Assembly (NCBI GenBank): GCA_947476525.1
Contig: CANJQY010000002.1
Location: 1-59,025 of the forward strand
Length of the DNA: 59,025 bases
Direction: 5' to 3'
Source: Oligoflexales bacterium
GTDB taxonomy: Bacteria; Bdellovibrionota_B; Oligoflexia; Oligoflexales; RGVZ01
Every line of letters starts with the position of its first letter. Position 1 is the first letter of the stretch. This document shows, piece after piece, positions 37,617 through 46,549 of the stretch. A model generated the notes under the pieces. It had not been told where the DNA came from, ran no database searches, and was given only the letters and a program-made list of their open reading frames with translations. A program made the position numbers and the translations under genes.

Positions 37617-38627
37617 TTACTTCGACTTGAGAAAATAGACGTTATTAGTAATCTCATGTAAATCAAGCGCCACAATCGACCTACCATGATCGTCAAAAAT
37701 GAGACCTTCTGGTTTTTTTATTTCAACTGGTAAGCGAAAAACTTTTGCAACACTCGTTTTCTGACTGTTCGGTGATAGATTGGCCTCAAACGAGACGATG
37801 GCTCCCCCTTGATCACTCACCGCACGAATGTTTCCATCGGGACCAACCGCCAAATCACTTAAATCCGCTATTTGACGCTCCAAAAGGCCTTCGATTCTCC
37901 AGTACTTTAGCGCGCTAAAACTTACTTTGTTCTCTGCCGGTAACGTAAAAACATCGTCTAATCCAACCCCCATTCCCGGCTGATATCCTCCTGCCTGAGC
38001 TCCGTTTGGCCCAAACTCCATGATTACGCTAGGTTTCTTTTCTTTCAATATTAAAATATGGCCATTTTTCAAGAGAATAATCCCCTCACCACGACTGTTT
38101 GGATCATCTTTCCAGGCATGCGCGATATCCATGCTTTCTGGGACTTGAAGATCAATTCTTTTTACAAGTTTTTGGGTCGCAATATTGACGACAAAAATAG
38201 TGCCTGGGCTCTCTTGGAGCAAGAAAACTAATCTTGAATGGTCAACCGCAACGCCTTCAAATTGCGAGCTAGGATTGCCTGCCAATGGTTTTAGCCAATT
38301 GAGGTCTATGGACTTGAACTCAACTGCAGCAGACGGTTTTCCAGAAAAGACCAACGCCCGATACTCGAAATCACCTACCGCGATAACGGATCCGCCAACA
38401 TGATCAAGCCAAGAAAGGCCAGACACCTCCAAAAGTGGAGCTGCAAGTTGTTTAAACGACACTAAGTCCATCGGCGCACCGATAGAGACTGGCGCAGACG
38501 TTTCTTTGGCTTTGGCAGAGGCGTCAGAACGATCCCTGCAGGTCAGTAATAATAAAACTGACGATAAAACTGCAAAATTTAAATTTAATTTTAATTTTAA
38601 TTTTAAAATTTTGAAAAAATTATCCAT
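37617..38627 (-). CDS. lipoprotein, SdiA-regulated/YjiK-like beta-propeller candidate
   Basis: Start at ATG 38627. LLLLTC lipobox. Repeated EG(V/I/L)-type blades (FEGVAVD, GEGIILL, PEGLIFD), as I recall for the SdiA-regulated family. Confidence 0.45.
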   Translation of the reverse strand: MDNFFKILKLKLKLNLNFAVLSSVLLLLTCRDRSDASAKAKETSAPVSIGAPMDLVSFKQLAAPLLEVSGLSWLDHVGGSVIAVGDFEYRALVFSGKPSAAVEFKSIDLNWLKPLAGNPSSQFEGVAVDHSRLVFLLQESPGTIFVVNIATQKLVKRIDLQVPESMDIAHAWKDDPNSRGEGIILLKNGHILILKEKKPSVIMEFGPNGAQAGGYQPGMGVGLDDVFTLPAENKVSFSALKYWRIEGLLERQIADLSDLAVGPDGNIRAVSDQGGAIVSFEANLSPNSQKTSVAKVFRLPVEIKKPEGLIFDDHGRSIVALDLHEITNNVYFLKSK

Positions 38628-38763
38628 TTTACAATCCCAATTATTTTCATATAACAATTAAAAACAGTGCAACAAAGTGTGCGACGTTACCGTTACAAAT
38701 GGACCATGGCAACATAGATGTTGCATAGATGTTGCAAACATGCTGAAATTATAAACTAAATAG

Positions 38764-38837
38764 TGGCGAGAGGGGGACTTGAACCCCCGACCTGTGGGTT
38801 ATGAATCCACCGCTCTAACCAGCTGAGCTACCTCGCC
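38764..38837 (-). tRNA. tRNA-Met (anticodon CAT), elongator-type; an Ile2/lysidine tRNA is not excluded
   Basis: The cloverleaf folds by hand. Acceptor GGCGAGG/TCTCGCC, D-arm GCTC-AGCTGGTTA-GAGC, anticodon loop TTCATAA, T-arm GGGGG-TTCAAGT-CCCCC and discriminator A. CCA is not encoded. G1-C72 argues against an initiator tRNA. Confidence 0.85.
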
Positions 38838-38852
38838 AAAGGAGGATAGTAA

Positions 38853-39947
38853 TTAGAAGAAATCTGTAACGTTGTCAATGGAGCATTTAGAGGTTTTGGT
38901 GTCGAGCACCGTGGTCTCCTTCAGGGATCCGCGTGTGGCGATAGCTGTTAAAACGCCTTCAGGTGACATCTTAGATTCAATGATCCAATCTTCGTAGTGT
39001 AGCGAAAGAGATTTCAGCTCGGCAACGAGCTCGGCAAGGCCAAGCTGAAATCCAGGAACTTTGTTCCATTCATTCAAGTTTAGATCAAAAAATGAGATAG
39101 TTTCAGCGCCACCAAAAAAAGCTAAATATCCCATCACTCGCAACTGGGTAATGGTCGGCAGCTCTACGGGCCCGTTACCCCCGCTATTCCACGCTTGCAA
39201 GATCGCCGTGACGGGAACTTCATGATTGATCTGGCGCATCATTTGTCGGTTCAACTGGAGCCAATCATAAACTATCCGCAGTTGCTTTTTCCCTGCGATG
39301 GGATAGGCGTCAAGCCGCATAACATCGACAATGCCAAGAAATCCTTTGTACGTGTCGAGTTTGGCTGGAGACCAATCGAGCATGGGTCCATATTCGGTTA
39401 ATGATAGTTTGAGTTGTGGGGCCAGTGATCGAATTTTCGCTTGGAGGTCGACGTAGTAGCTCAAGGGATAGTGAAGTTCTCCATTGTACATGGGCTCATC
39501 CATCATATTGGCTGAGACAATCGCCGGCAGAGTTGCGGCCAATTGAACGAATTGTTCGACGTGAGACCACGGTGTATCGACGCTCCAAAAATTGGCCAAA
39601 GTCGACGACAGCCCAAGGCTGGCCGCTTCGGTGGCCAGGGCGGGTTGTTCGAGGACGACTTGGTTAAAGCCCATAGATTTAGCTAGTGAAAGGTCGCTTG
39701 AGGTGTGAATTCCGTAAAGTTCAAAATTGTGAGTAACGGCTAATGCTCGTGGAGGCATCACCAAAAAAAACAATACGGCCACACCTACCTGGGCATCTAA
39801 TAGGACTAGATGGAGCCTATTCGGAGTTCTCTGAATCACGGCGAGAGGAGCTAGACAAACGGAGTTTACTCTTGGCAAATGAGCCTTGTCCAGCGACGAG
39901 CAACACAGAGTCATGGAACGCCAAACAGGCTCTAAATAATTCATCAA
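38853..39947 (-). CDS. hypothetical protein (possibly a TIM-barrel glycosidase-like fold)
   Basis: Long ORF with an implausible N-terminal ~60 aa, so the true start is probably internal. No motif confidently recognised. Confidence 0.4.
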   Translation of the reverse strand: MMNYLEPVWRSMTLCCSSLDKAHLPRVNSVCLAPLAVIQRTPNRLHLVLLDAQVGVAVLFFLVMPPRALAVTHNFELYGIHTSSDLSLAKSMGFNQVVLEQPALATEAASLGLSSTLANFWSVDTPWSHVEQFVQLAATLPAIVSANMMDEPMYNGELHYPLSYYVDLQAKIRSLAPQLKLSLTEYGPMLDWSPAKLDTYKGFLGIVDVMRLDAYPIAGKKQLRIVYDWLQLNRQMMRQINHEVPVTAILQAWNSGGNGPVELPTITQLRVMGYLAFFGGAETISFFDLNLNEWNKVPGFQLGLAELVAELKSLSLHYEDWIIESKMSPEGVLTAIATRGSLKETTVLDTKTSKCSIDNVTDFF

Positions 39948-40003
39948 TTATGACCCAACCTCGTTGAATTCAATCAAACCAATTCAATGCAAATCAACGC
40001 AGA

Positions 40004-40747
40004 TTAATGCGGTTTATTATGCAGATGAACGACTTTTTTAGTCCGTGTTTTACGAATGTTTATGGTCTCGACAAACATACTGAAGGCCATCGCAAAATAC
40101 ATGTAGCCCTTTGGAATATGGAGGCCTGTGCTTTCGGCCACTAACACGAGTCCAATCATCAACAGAAAACTCAGGGCCAAGACCTTAATCGAGGGGTGTG
40201 CGTCCACAAATTTTGAAATTTGACCACTAGCAAACACCATAACTAAAAGAGCAATAATATTTGCGAAAATCATGATAGGCAGATTTTGACTCATACCGAC
40301 CGCAGTGACGACGCTGTCGATTGAAAACACTACGTCGATCAGCATTATCTGCGCGACAACGCCAGTTAACGTGGCGCGAGCTGAGCCTGAGGATGCCGAT
40401 TTCCCTTCGTCACCCTCCAGTCCACCGTGAATTTCTGTGGTCGACTTGTACATCAAAAATAATCCACCGAAAAACAAAATGCTGGACTTTCCCGTAACGT
40501 CAACGCCTAAGATCGTGGCGAAGGGTGTGGTTAAGCCGGCCAACCATGCCATGAAATACAACAGTACAACCCTCGTCACGAGGGCCCCGATAAGGCCATA
40601 TTTGCGCGCAACAGCACGTTTGCCTTCGGGCAGTTTCCCGGCTAAAATCGAAATAAAAATGATGTTATCTAAGCCTAATACCACTTCTAACAAGGTCAAA
40701 GTGAGCAGGCTGCTGACATTCTCACTGGTGAATAGGTCTGCAAGCAT
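40004..40747 (-). CDS. TerC-family integral membrane protein
   Basis: LLEVVLGLDNIIFISILAGKLP and a second DSVVTAVGM repeat. Multi-TM, 247 aa. Confidence 0.8.
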   Translation of the reverse strand: MLADLFTSENVSSLLTLTLLEVVLGLDNIIFISILAGKLPEGKRAVARKYGLIGALVTRVVLLYFMAWLAGLTTPFATILGVDVTGKSSILFFGGLFLMYKSTTEIHGGLEGDEGKSASSGSARATLTGVVAQIMLIDVVFSIDSVVTAVGMSQNLPIMIFANIIALLVMVFASGQISKFVDAHPSIKVLALSFLLMIGLVLVAESTGLHIPKGYMYFAMAFSMFVETINIRKTRTKKVVHLHNKPH

Positions 40748-41025
40748 TTTTTCCCTCGAATCGTGTAGAGCTCAATTCCTGTGTAATTATATTAGCATTC
40801 TTTCTCCAATTTCCTAACCAAACGTGTATGTAGCAACATACGTTATGCCGCCTCGTATCTCCTTCTGCAGAAAATTTTCAAAACTATCTCTCAATCTGAT
40901 GTGGGACGCACCCGCGTCGTCTGTGCTGACCTCGATCCCCTCACCAATTGAGACTCTGTTGCGAAGATTCCGTAATTGAATTACAATTGAGTGATATTTA
41001 AATCAGCAGGAAATTAGCTGACATT

Positions 41026-41442
41026 ATGAGGTACCCTTTGAAATCAATATTAAAAATCTTCGCAAAAACATTTGCACTCTTCTTCGTTTTCGATTTTTTT
41101 TGGCTGACGAAGGTCTCACCTGGATTTTACCGGGCCCACATCGGCCATCTCTTGGCGGATGATCCGAATCTTTGGGCTGCGCTGGCGTTCTATGTGATTT
41201 TCATCGCAGGCTTAACGTGGTTTGCTGTACTGCCGTCAGCAGTGAATTATCGGTTTAGTCGGGCGTTTGGACGCGGTGCTTTTTTTGGATTAGTCACTTA
41301 TGCTACCTTTGATCTGACGTGCCAGGCCGTCCTAAAAGATTGGCCGATGATTGTGACCATCGTCGACTTAATTTGGGGTGTCACGCTAACCGGATTGACG
41401 ACCGCGATATCGGCGCGCAAGGTTGGCCGTTTACGGCCCTAA
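41026..41442 (+). CDS. DUF2177-family membrane protein
   Basis: FVFDFFWLTKVSPGFYRAHIGHLL...GLVTYATFDLTCQAVLKDWPMIVTIVDLIWG matches my memory of DUF2177. Length is 138 aa. Confidence 0.7.
   Translation: MRYPLKSILKIFAKTFALFFVFDFFWLTKVSPGFYRAHIGHLLADDPNLWAALAFYVIFIAGLTWFAVLPSAVNYRFSRAFGRGAFFGLVTYATFDLTCQAVLKDWPMIVTIVDLIWGVTLTGLTTAISARKVGRLRP
41407..41433 (-). promoter_or_regulatory. sigma-28 (SigD/FliA) consensus promoter, antisense to the DUF2177 gene
   Basis: The minus strand reads TAAA-N15-GCCGATAT exactly (TAAA 41433-41430, GCCGATAT 41414-41407). Confidence 0.45.
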
Positions 41443-41477
41443 ACATCAACGCACGCCTCGCACACTCTGGCCTTGCG

Positions 41478-42920
41478 TTAATCCGCGCAAGCATCAAACG
41501 CCTTTGGAAGGCCTGTGATCGCGGCTTTGAATTTTACGCACGACGCCGCGATCAATGGATTCTTTAGCTTGACGGCTTTCACCATCTCCACAATTAGAGT
41601 ATCAAGGCTTACGTTGCTAGGGGTGCCCACAAGAGCATTGATCTTCGTAGCCCAAGTCAAAAGTATTTGTGCACGCCCGACTGCGTCGAGATTGGGTGTT
41701 GCGCCTTCAATAAATGCTGCGATTGGCTGGCCAAGGGCCGTTGCGATATCGTGCTCATCATCAAACTGAGGCTCGCCGCAACCTTCATCTGTAAGTGCAG
41801 GGGATCGCCCCTCATAGATATCGACTCGTGCCTTGTCAAGTCCTTTTGGGTGTCCCTTTGCAGTGACTTCACTCGATGGATCTCTAGTAACGTCAAGACA
41901 ACGAACTCCGGCCAATTGGCCTTTTGCGCCATTACCCGCGAAATACGCAAACAAATCTGCAAAGGTTTCGTTGATACCGTCAAGAGCAAATTGAGGAGCC
42001 GCAGTAGCACTCGTGAGGCTTAGCGTGTATTGATCTGGATGTTTTCTGGATGGCTCCGGCATAATCGATTCTAGTGACATATCGTTCGCAATACTGAGGC
42101 TCTCGTTTTTCTTAACATAATGATTCAAAACGTGATGTCCAAACTCATGACGCATGACAAACGGCACCTCCCAAAGGTTTAATGGAGATTTTGCAAACGC
42201 CTTCAGCGAGGTTGGAAAAATAAAGAACACCCCCAGTTTAGGTTGGGTTGCGGTTGCCGGAATACTTGCAAACGATGCGTTATTCACATCAATGCTATCT
42301 CTCGTTGTGCCGTCCGCCTTGGTAACATGGCGGTTAACAAGCGGCTGCGGGATTAGAATTGCTTTTGCTATTCCCGACAATCGACCCTGAATGGAATCGT
42401 AAAAGCGGTAGGCATCTTCGGTGTAATATTGTGCCGTAAGTGTTAACGACTCAAGGGAGTCACGGCCATAAGTTCCATTTCCGCGGCACATAGCAAACGG
42501 CGTCTCGTCAGACGACGATTTTGATTTATCCAAGGTGCAGTCGTCGGCTCCGGATTGTGAATTTTTGCAATTGTAGGTGCTTTTATAACCAAGCAGAGAG
42601 CCAACAATACTCGTGCTGACGAACTCCTTGTCTGGCCCTGCATGGCCTATGAACGGAACTTTTTTGGCGACAGTCTGGTGTCCATTCCACTCATAGATAG
42701 TGATTTCAGACACCACTTCAGAACTAACACACGCGGGATCCTCTTTGACAAGCCACCTTAGGTCTGGACTAGGTGACGTTTCTCGAGGAAGAATAACCTC
42801 ATATTTTTTCTCAGTTGGATTTTTCATCTTAACGAAAGGATTACACCCGCTATTTGCAAAGAGCGTCATTATTGTGCCAACTTGAATCATTTGAATGAAA
42901 GGCTTTTGACGGTGCAACAT
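41478..42920 (-). CDS. exported zinc metalloprotease candidate (HExxH), possible lipoprotein
   Basis: N-terminal hydrophobic segment ending LFANSGC. VMRHEFGHHVLNHY contains HEFGH. Confidence 0.6.
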   Translation of the reverse strand: MLHRQKPFIQMIQVGTIMTLFANSGCNPFVKMKNPTEKKYEVILPRETSPSPDLRWLVKEDPACVSSEVVSEITIYEWNGHQTVAKKVPFIGHAGPDKEFVSTSIVGSLLGYKSTYNCKNSQSGADDCTLDKSKSSSDETPFAMCRGNGTYGRDSLESLTLTAQYYTEDAYRFYDSIQGRLSGIAKAILIPQPLVNRHVTKADGTTRDSIDVNNASFASIPATATQPKLGVFFIFPTSLKAFAKSPLNLWEVPFVMRHEFGHHVLNHYVKKNESLSIANDMSLESIMPEPSRKHPDQYTLSLTSATAAPQFALDGINETFADLFAYFAGNGAKGQLAGVRCLDVTRDPSSEVTAKGHPKGLDKARVDIYEGRSPALTDEGCGEPQFDDEHDIATALGQPIAAFIEGATPNLDAVGRAQILLTWATKINALVGTPSNVSLDTLIVEMVKAVKLKNPLIAASCVKFKAAITGLPKAFDACAD

Positions 42921-43275
42921 GAATAGACTCCGGATCTAGGGGGGACATTTTTGGTCGCTGGGCGCGACCCCACAAACCAAGTTAAGCAATTTCCATGCCA
43001 CCTCAAAAACGTCTTAACATCATAAAATAACTACCTTAAATTAAGCCTTCAAAGTCCCAAACTTCAGTCGGCGGCTGAACGTTAAACAGCTAGACAGCTC
43101 GCAGAGACATGTAAGGAAATTATGACGGAGCCCTCGCCAGGCACCGAATTACAACGGGGCAGCATTGAAATCAAATAGAGCCATTTTTGCCTAGTGCGGC
43201 CGGCTTCCAATCCACTTAGAAATCTCGTACAATTGAATTATATTTCGAGCATGAAATACTTAACGAGATTTAAAA

Positions 43276-45618
43276 ATGCCTAAAAAAATGCATCTCAAAT
43301 TGCGGACCTCCTACTTCACGAAATCCCACGCGCTTGGACTAACAGTGTTCGTTTTCTTGGCGATTCTCTCCGAGAGCCCTTTAGGTTACTTCGCGGAAAA
43401 TATGATAGCACAACAAACTACTTTCAAGATTCGCAGTATTTTGCAGATGGAGCCTACGTTTGACTCGCAAATTAAAGTTATTTCCTTCGACGATAAAACT
43501 TTGGATTTTGTGGGCGCAGAAGATCTCTCCTTGGATGCCTGGGGGAAGTTACTGGGCGAAATTTCAGCCGCAAAACCAAGAGTTATTTTGGTTAATAAAC
43601 ACTTTGGACTCGTAAAAGATCAAAGCCCCCCCACTACTTTGGCTGGCCTCAATACTTTGTTGGAGACTCGAACGATTGCGGGCAGCTATCTTGACTCACG
43701 AATATTGCAATCCGGTAACGCACTAAACCTTGATCGCGACGAGTATAACCTAGCTAAGATGATGAACCAATCGGGCTACGGTGTGCAGGCCATCAATCGC
43801 ATCTCATGGATGCCGCTAACATCCGGCACACTTATTGGCCCGGATAAAAGACTCGCGGCAGATTTTAAATACATTGGACACATCCAAACCGAGGATTTCG
43901 GATATATTCAGCCATTTGTTCGGATCAATCAAAAGTTGGCCGTTCCACATTTAAGTTTATTCGCAGGCAGTAAGGTATCAATTTCTCCAAAAAAATTACT
44001 TATTAATGGCAAAGAAGTGTACCTAAATAAAAATAATTTCATTGTGCCTAACACCCTCTCGACCAAGACCATAAGCTTACGATCGACAAGCCTACAATCC
44101 TTTATCAAGGACCCTGCAATTCCTTCACGCACCCCTAACAATTTCATCAAGCAAGGTGACATCGTCATTATTTTGCCGAAAATGTATCAAACGAACTCTG
44201 ATGGGGTGGACGCGACCCTCCAGCGTCAGCAAGCGGGCTACGTTATCGTGTCGATGGTCAACAGCATCCTACAGAAGAACTGGTTGCGCCCTATAAATCT
44301 CGGATTGCCTTTGCTAGCTTTGGCCTGCATATTCGGGTACTTCCTAGCCACAACTTGTCGTAAAGATACATTTAAGGTTTCCATGCTTGGCAGCCTTGCT
44401 GCGATATTTATTTTTAGCATTTCGACTTTTTGCCTTTTTGGCTGGATGATCCCGTGGCTTTTTCCGACAGTCGGCACCGCTCTCTGTGGAACGCTTATTT
44501 TCGCAAGAAGATCAGCGATTAACAGCCGTCAACTAGCCTTGCTTAAAAATTCCTTACATGGTCGAATTCCCCCCGAAAAAATTGAGAGCCTCTGCGAACA
44601 CCCCCATCTCCTTCAATCGACTCCGGTTAGCAAAATTACAACGGTTATGTTTGTAAATATTGTCGATTTTTCACAACTTGCCGAAGGGCAGGCACCAGAA
44701 AAATCTTTTGCCGTCCTCAGTGAACTATTCACTTTAGTACGTAACGTGGTTTTAGCGCGCGGCGGCATTGTCGACAGAACAATTGGTGACAGTATGCTCG
44801 TTTATTTCGGGTATAGCCCTGACGGCAAGCACAGAGCACTGGAGCATGCTGATGACGCCCTCACGTGTGCCTTCAAAATTCGAGAAATGGTTCTTGCATT
44901 AAACGAGATAAAATCCGCTAAAGGGGAAGCCATCTATCCAATCCGAATTGGCATCAATACCTCTTCGGTATATGTTGGAAATATTGGTGACGAAGGCCAT
45001 TTAGATTTTGCCGTCATTGGGAATGGAGTCAATATTGCTAAACGCCTAGAATCTGCGTGTGGAGACTACTGCATCACCCTTGGCGCCAGCACATTTGACT
45101 TGCTCGTGCACCGTCAAGAACTAAGCGCATCCGTCGTTAAACGATTCGTCCCTTCACCCGGCGACGAGGCGATGTTAGAAATCTACGAATGCGATCCATT
45201 TATCGACAGTCAAACTACTGCTGGCGACGTCGCGGGCGCACACAGGAAATCACAGTCAGGCAACCTCACCGACGAGAGGTGGCCGGTTCCTGACGACATT
45301 CAAATTATGTTTGCTTCCGGCTATGGTCCGGCGCACCTCGTGGACTTCTCACGCTCCGGCTTTGCGGTAACTCTCGAGAAGTGTTTAGGCGCGGGAGTCT
45401 TACTCGATTTTTCACTAATTTTTGACCAAAGTAATTTTACATATTCAAATGAGTTTACTATCAAAATACAAGGAGAAGTCAGGTGGGCTAGACCTGCGCA
45501 AGGTGGATTTCTGCACGGTATTCTTATAAAGAATTTGAGTCCAGAAGAACGTGATCAACTCTTCAATCATTTTAAAACTAGAGTTGAAGTAGCGAGTGAC
45601 TTGATTTTTGATAATTGA
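43276..45618 (+). CDS. CHASE2 sensor - class III nucleotidyl cyclase - PilZ-like domain protein
   Basis: N-terminal TM, a large extracytoplasmic region and 3 TMs (CHASE2 layout). Cyclase blocks TTVMFVNIVDFSQL, IGDSMLVYFG and IGINTSSVYVGNIG...VIGNGVNIAKRLES. C-terminal DFSRSGF ... GEVRW resembles PilZ. Confidence 0.75.
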   Translation: MPKKMHLKLRTSYFTKSHALGLTVFVFLAILSESPLGYFAENMIAQQTTFKIRSILQMEPTFDSQIKVISFDDKTLDFVGAEDLSLDAWGKLLGEISAAKPRVILVNKHFGLVKDQSPPTTLAGLNTLLETRTIAGSYLDSRILQSGNALNLDRDEYNLAKMMNQSGYGVQAINRISWMPLTSGTLIGPDKRLAADFKYIGHIQTEDFGYIQPFVRINQKLAVPHLSLFAGSKVSISPKKLLINGKEVYLNKNNFIVPNTLSTKTISLRSTSLQSFIKDPAIPSRTPNNFIKQGDIVIILPKMYQTNSDGVDATLQRQQAGYVIVSMVNSILQKNWLRPINLGLPLLALACIFGYFLATTCRKDTFKVSMLGSLAAIFIFSISTFCLFGWMIPWLFPTVGTALCGTLIFARRSAINSRQLALLKNSLHGRIPPEKIESLCEHPHLLQSTPVSKITTVMFVNIVDFSQLAEGQAPEKSFAVLSELFTLVRNVVLARGGIVDRTIGDSMLVYFGYSPDGKHRALEHADDALTCAFKIREMVLALNEIKSAKGEAIYPIRIGINTSSVYVGNIGDEGHLDFAVIGNGVNIAKRLESACGDYCITLGASTFDLLVHRQELSASVVKRFVPSPGDEAMLEIYECDPFIDSQTTAGDVAGAHRKSQSGNLTDERWPVPDDIQIMFASGYGPAHLVDFSRSGFAVTLEKCLGAGVLLDFSLIFDQSNFTYSNEFTIKIQGEVRWARPAQGGFLHGILIKNLSPEERDQLFNHFKTRVEVASDLIFDN

Positions 45619-45776
45619 CGTCAGACTATTCGAGGCTACGTGTACGCTTGAATTCTATTGCGCACCGGCAAAGAACACTCGCGATAGTTTAATCGTTAGG
45701 GCACCGGTTTTGTGGAATTCGCACTATCCACGCTTCGCACGAGAAAAATAAAGGCACTTAATCACAGGGGCACTAA

Positions 45777-46394
45777 TTGAAAAAATCACGGATCGCAAAC
45801 TTCATAAAAGTCTTTGTAAAAAAACCCCTCGACGTTGGGTCAATCACGCCTTCATCAAGATTTTTGGCGGCGGCAATTTTGAAAAATCTTGATTTCTCTA
45901 AGTTAAAAGTTGTGGTCGAATACGGGCCAGGCACCGGGGTTTTTACCCAGTTTCTTTTATCGTCATCGTCCCCATCTAAAACTCAAGTTCGAGTCATTGA
46001 ATTCAATGCGGACTTCGTCAGCCATTTGAACGAGAGATTCCCCGCAAACCAGTACAACATTGTCATCAAGCAAGATCGTGCTGCTAATGTTAAAAATATC
46101 CTCAAAACGCCTGATGAATTGGTGGACGTGGTTATATCGAGCCTCCCATTCACGTTCTTTCCGTGGGAAGAAACGCTAGCAACAATCAACGCATCCTACG
46201 AAGTCTTAGCCGATGGCGGTGTTTTTAGAACTTATCTGTATCTGCACACCTTACCGCTTCCAAAAATTCAGCGTCTTTTGAGCCATCTCAAAGTTTTGTT
46301 TGGGAATCTGAATTCGTGGGTTGTGCTCGCCAACATTCCACCTGCCATCGTCGTCGAATGCATAAAATCCCCGGGCAAAATGAGGGCTCACTAG
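45777..46394 (+). CDS. class I SAM-dependent methyltransferase (phospholipid N-methyltransferase-like)
   Basis: VVEYGPGTGVFTQ (motif I) and the N-terminal GSITPSSRFLA block. TTG start with a purine-rich upstream sequence. Confidence 0.6.
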   Translation: MKKSRIANFIKVFVKKPLDVGSITPSSRFLAAAILKNLDFSKLKVVVEYGPGTGVFTQFLLSSSSPSKTQVRVIEFNADFVSHLNERFPANQYNIVIKQDRAANVKNILKTPDELVDVVISSLPFTFFPWEETLATINASYEVLADGGVFRTYLYLHTLPLPKIQRLLSHLKVLFGNLNSWVVLANIPPAIVVECIKSPGKMRAH

Positions 46395-46457
46395 TGGCAC
46401 ATTACGGCGAACATGCGCCAAATTGACACCTAAATATTTGATCCCTACTCACCTAAA

Positions 46458-46486
46458 TTGACAGGAAACTCAGTTACATATTAAAT
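46458..46486 (+). promoter_or_regulatory. sigma-70-like promoter candidate (TTGACA-N17-TTAAAT)
   Basis: Read directly from the sequence. It ends 63 nt upstream of ATG 46550. A second AAATTGACA copy lies about 30 nt upstream. Confidence 0.4.
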
Positions 46487-46549
46487 CTTATGTTGAAAAC
46501 ATAATGTTTCGTATTAACGATTTTAATTTTTTATTTTTTGGGGGGGATT

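Noticed and set aside
38587-38604. (AATTTT)x3 low-complexity run inside the 5' end of the 37617..38627 gene, as a possible phase-variation tract
   Set aside because: It has only three units, is in frame (encoding part of KLKLKLNLNF in the signal-peptide n-region), and lies in a generally AT-rich stretch. There is no evidence for switching.
23315-38763. Possibility that the region 3' of the tRNA-Met gene is an integrated genomic island
   Set aside because: I found no direct repeat of the tRNA 3' end (e.g. TTCAAGTCCCCCTCTCGCCA) elsewhere in the window, no integrase, and no obvious compositional break by eye. A computed GC/codon-usage profile would be needed to be sure.
42953-42969. GGTCGC-tgggc-GCGACC hairpin between the metalloprotease and cyclase genes, as a possible terminator
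   Set aside because: Both flanking genes diverge from this region, and the T-run precedes rather than follows the stem on the plus strand. It is more likely a regulatory or incidental palindrome.
46385-46400. TGGCAC-attac-GGCGA, resembling a sigma-54 -24/-12 promoter upstream of the second protease
   Set aside because: The GC of the -12 element is one base out of register (GG-N9-GC) and TTGC is absent. A TTGACA-N17-TTAAAT sigma-70-like promoter lies closer to the gene.
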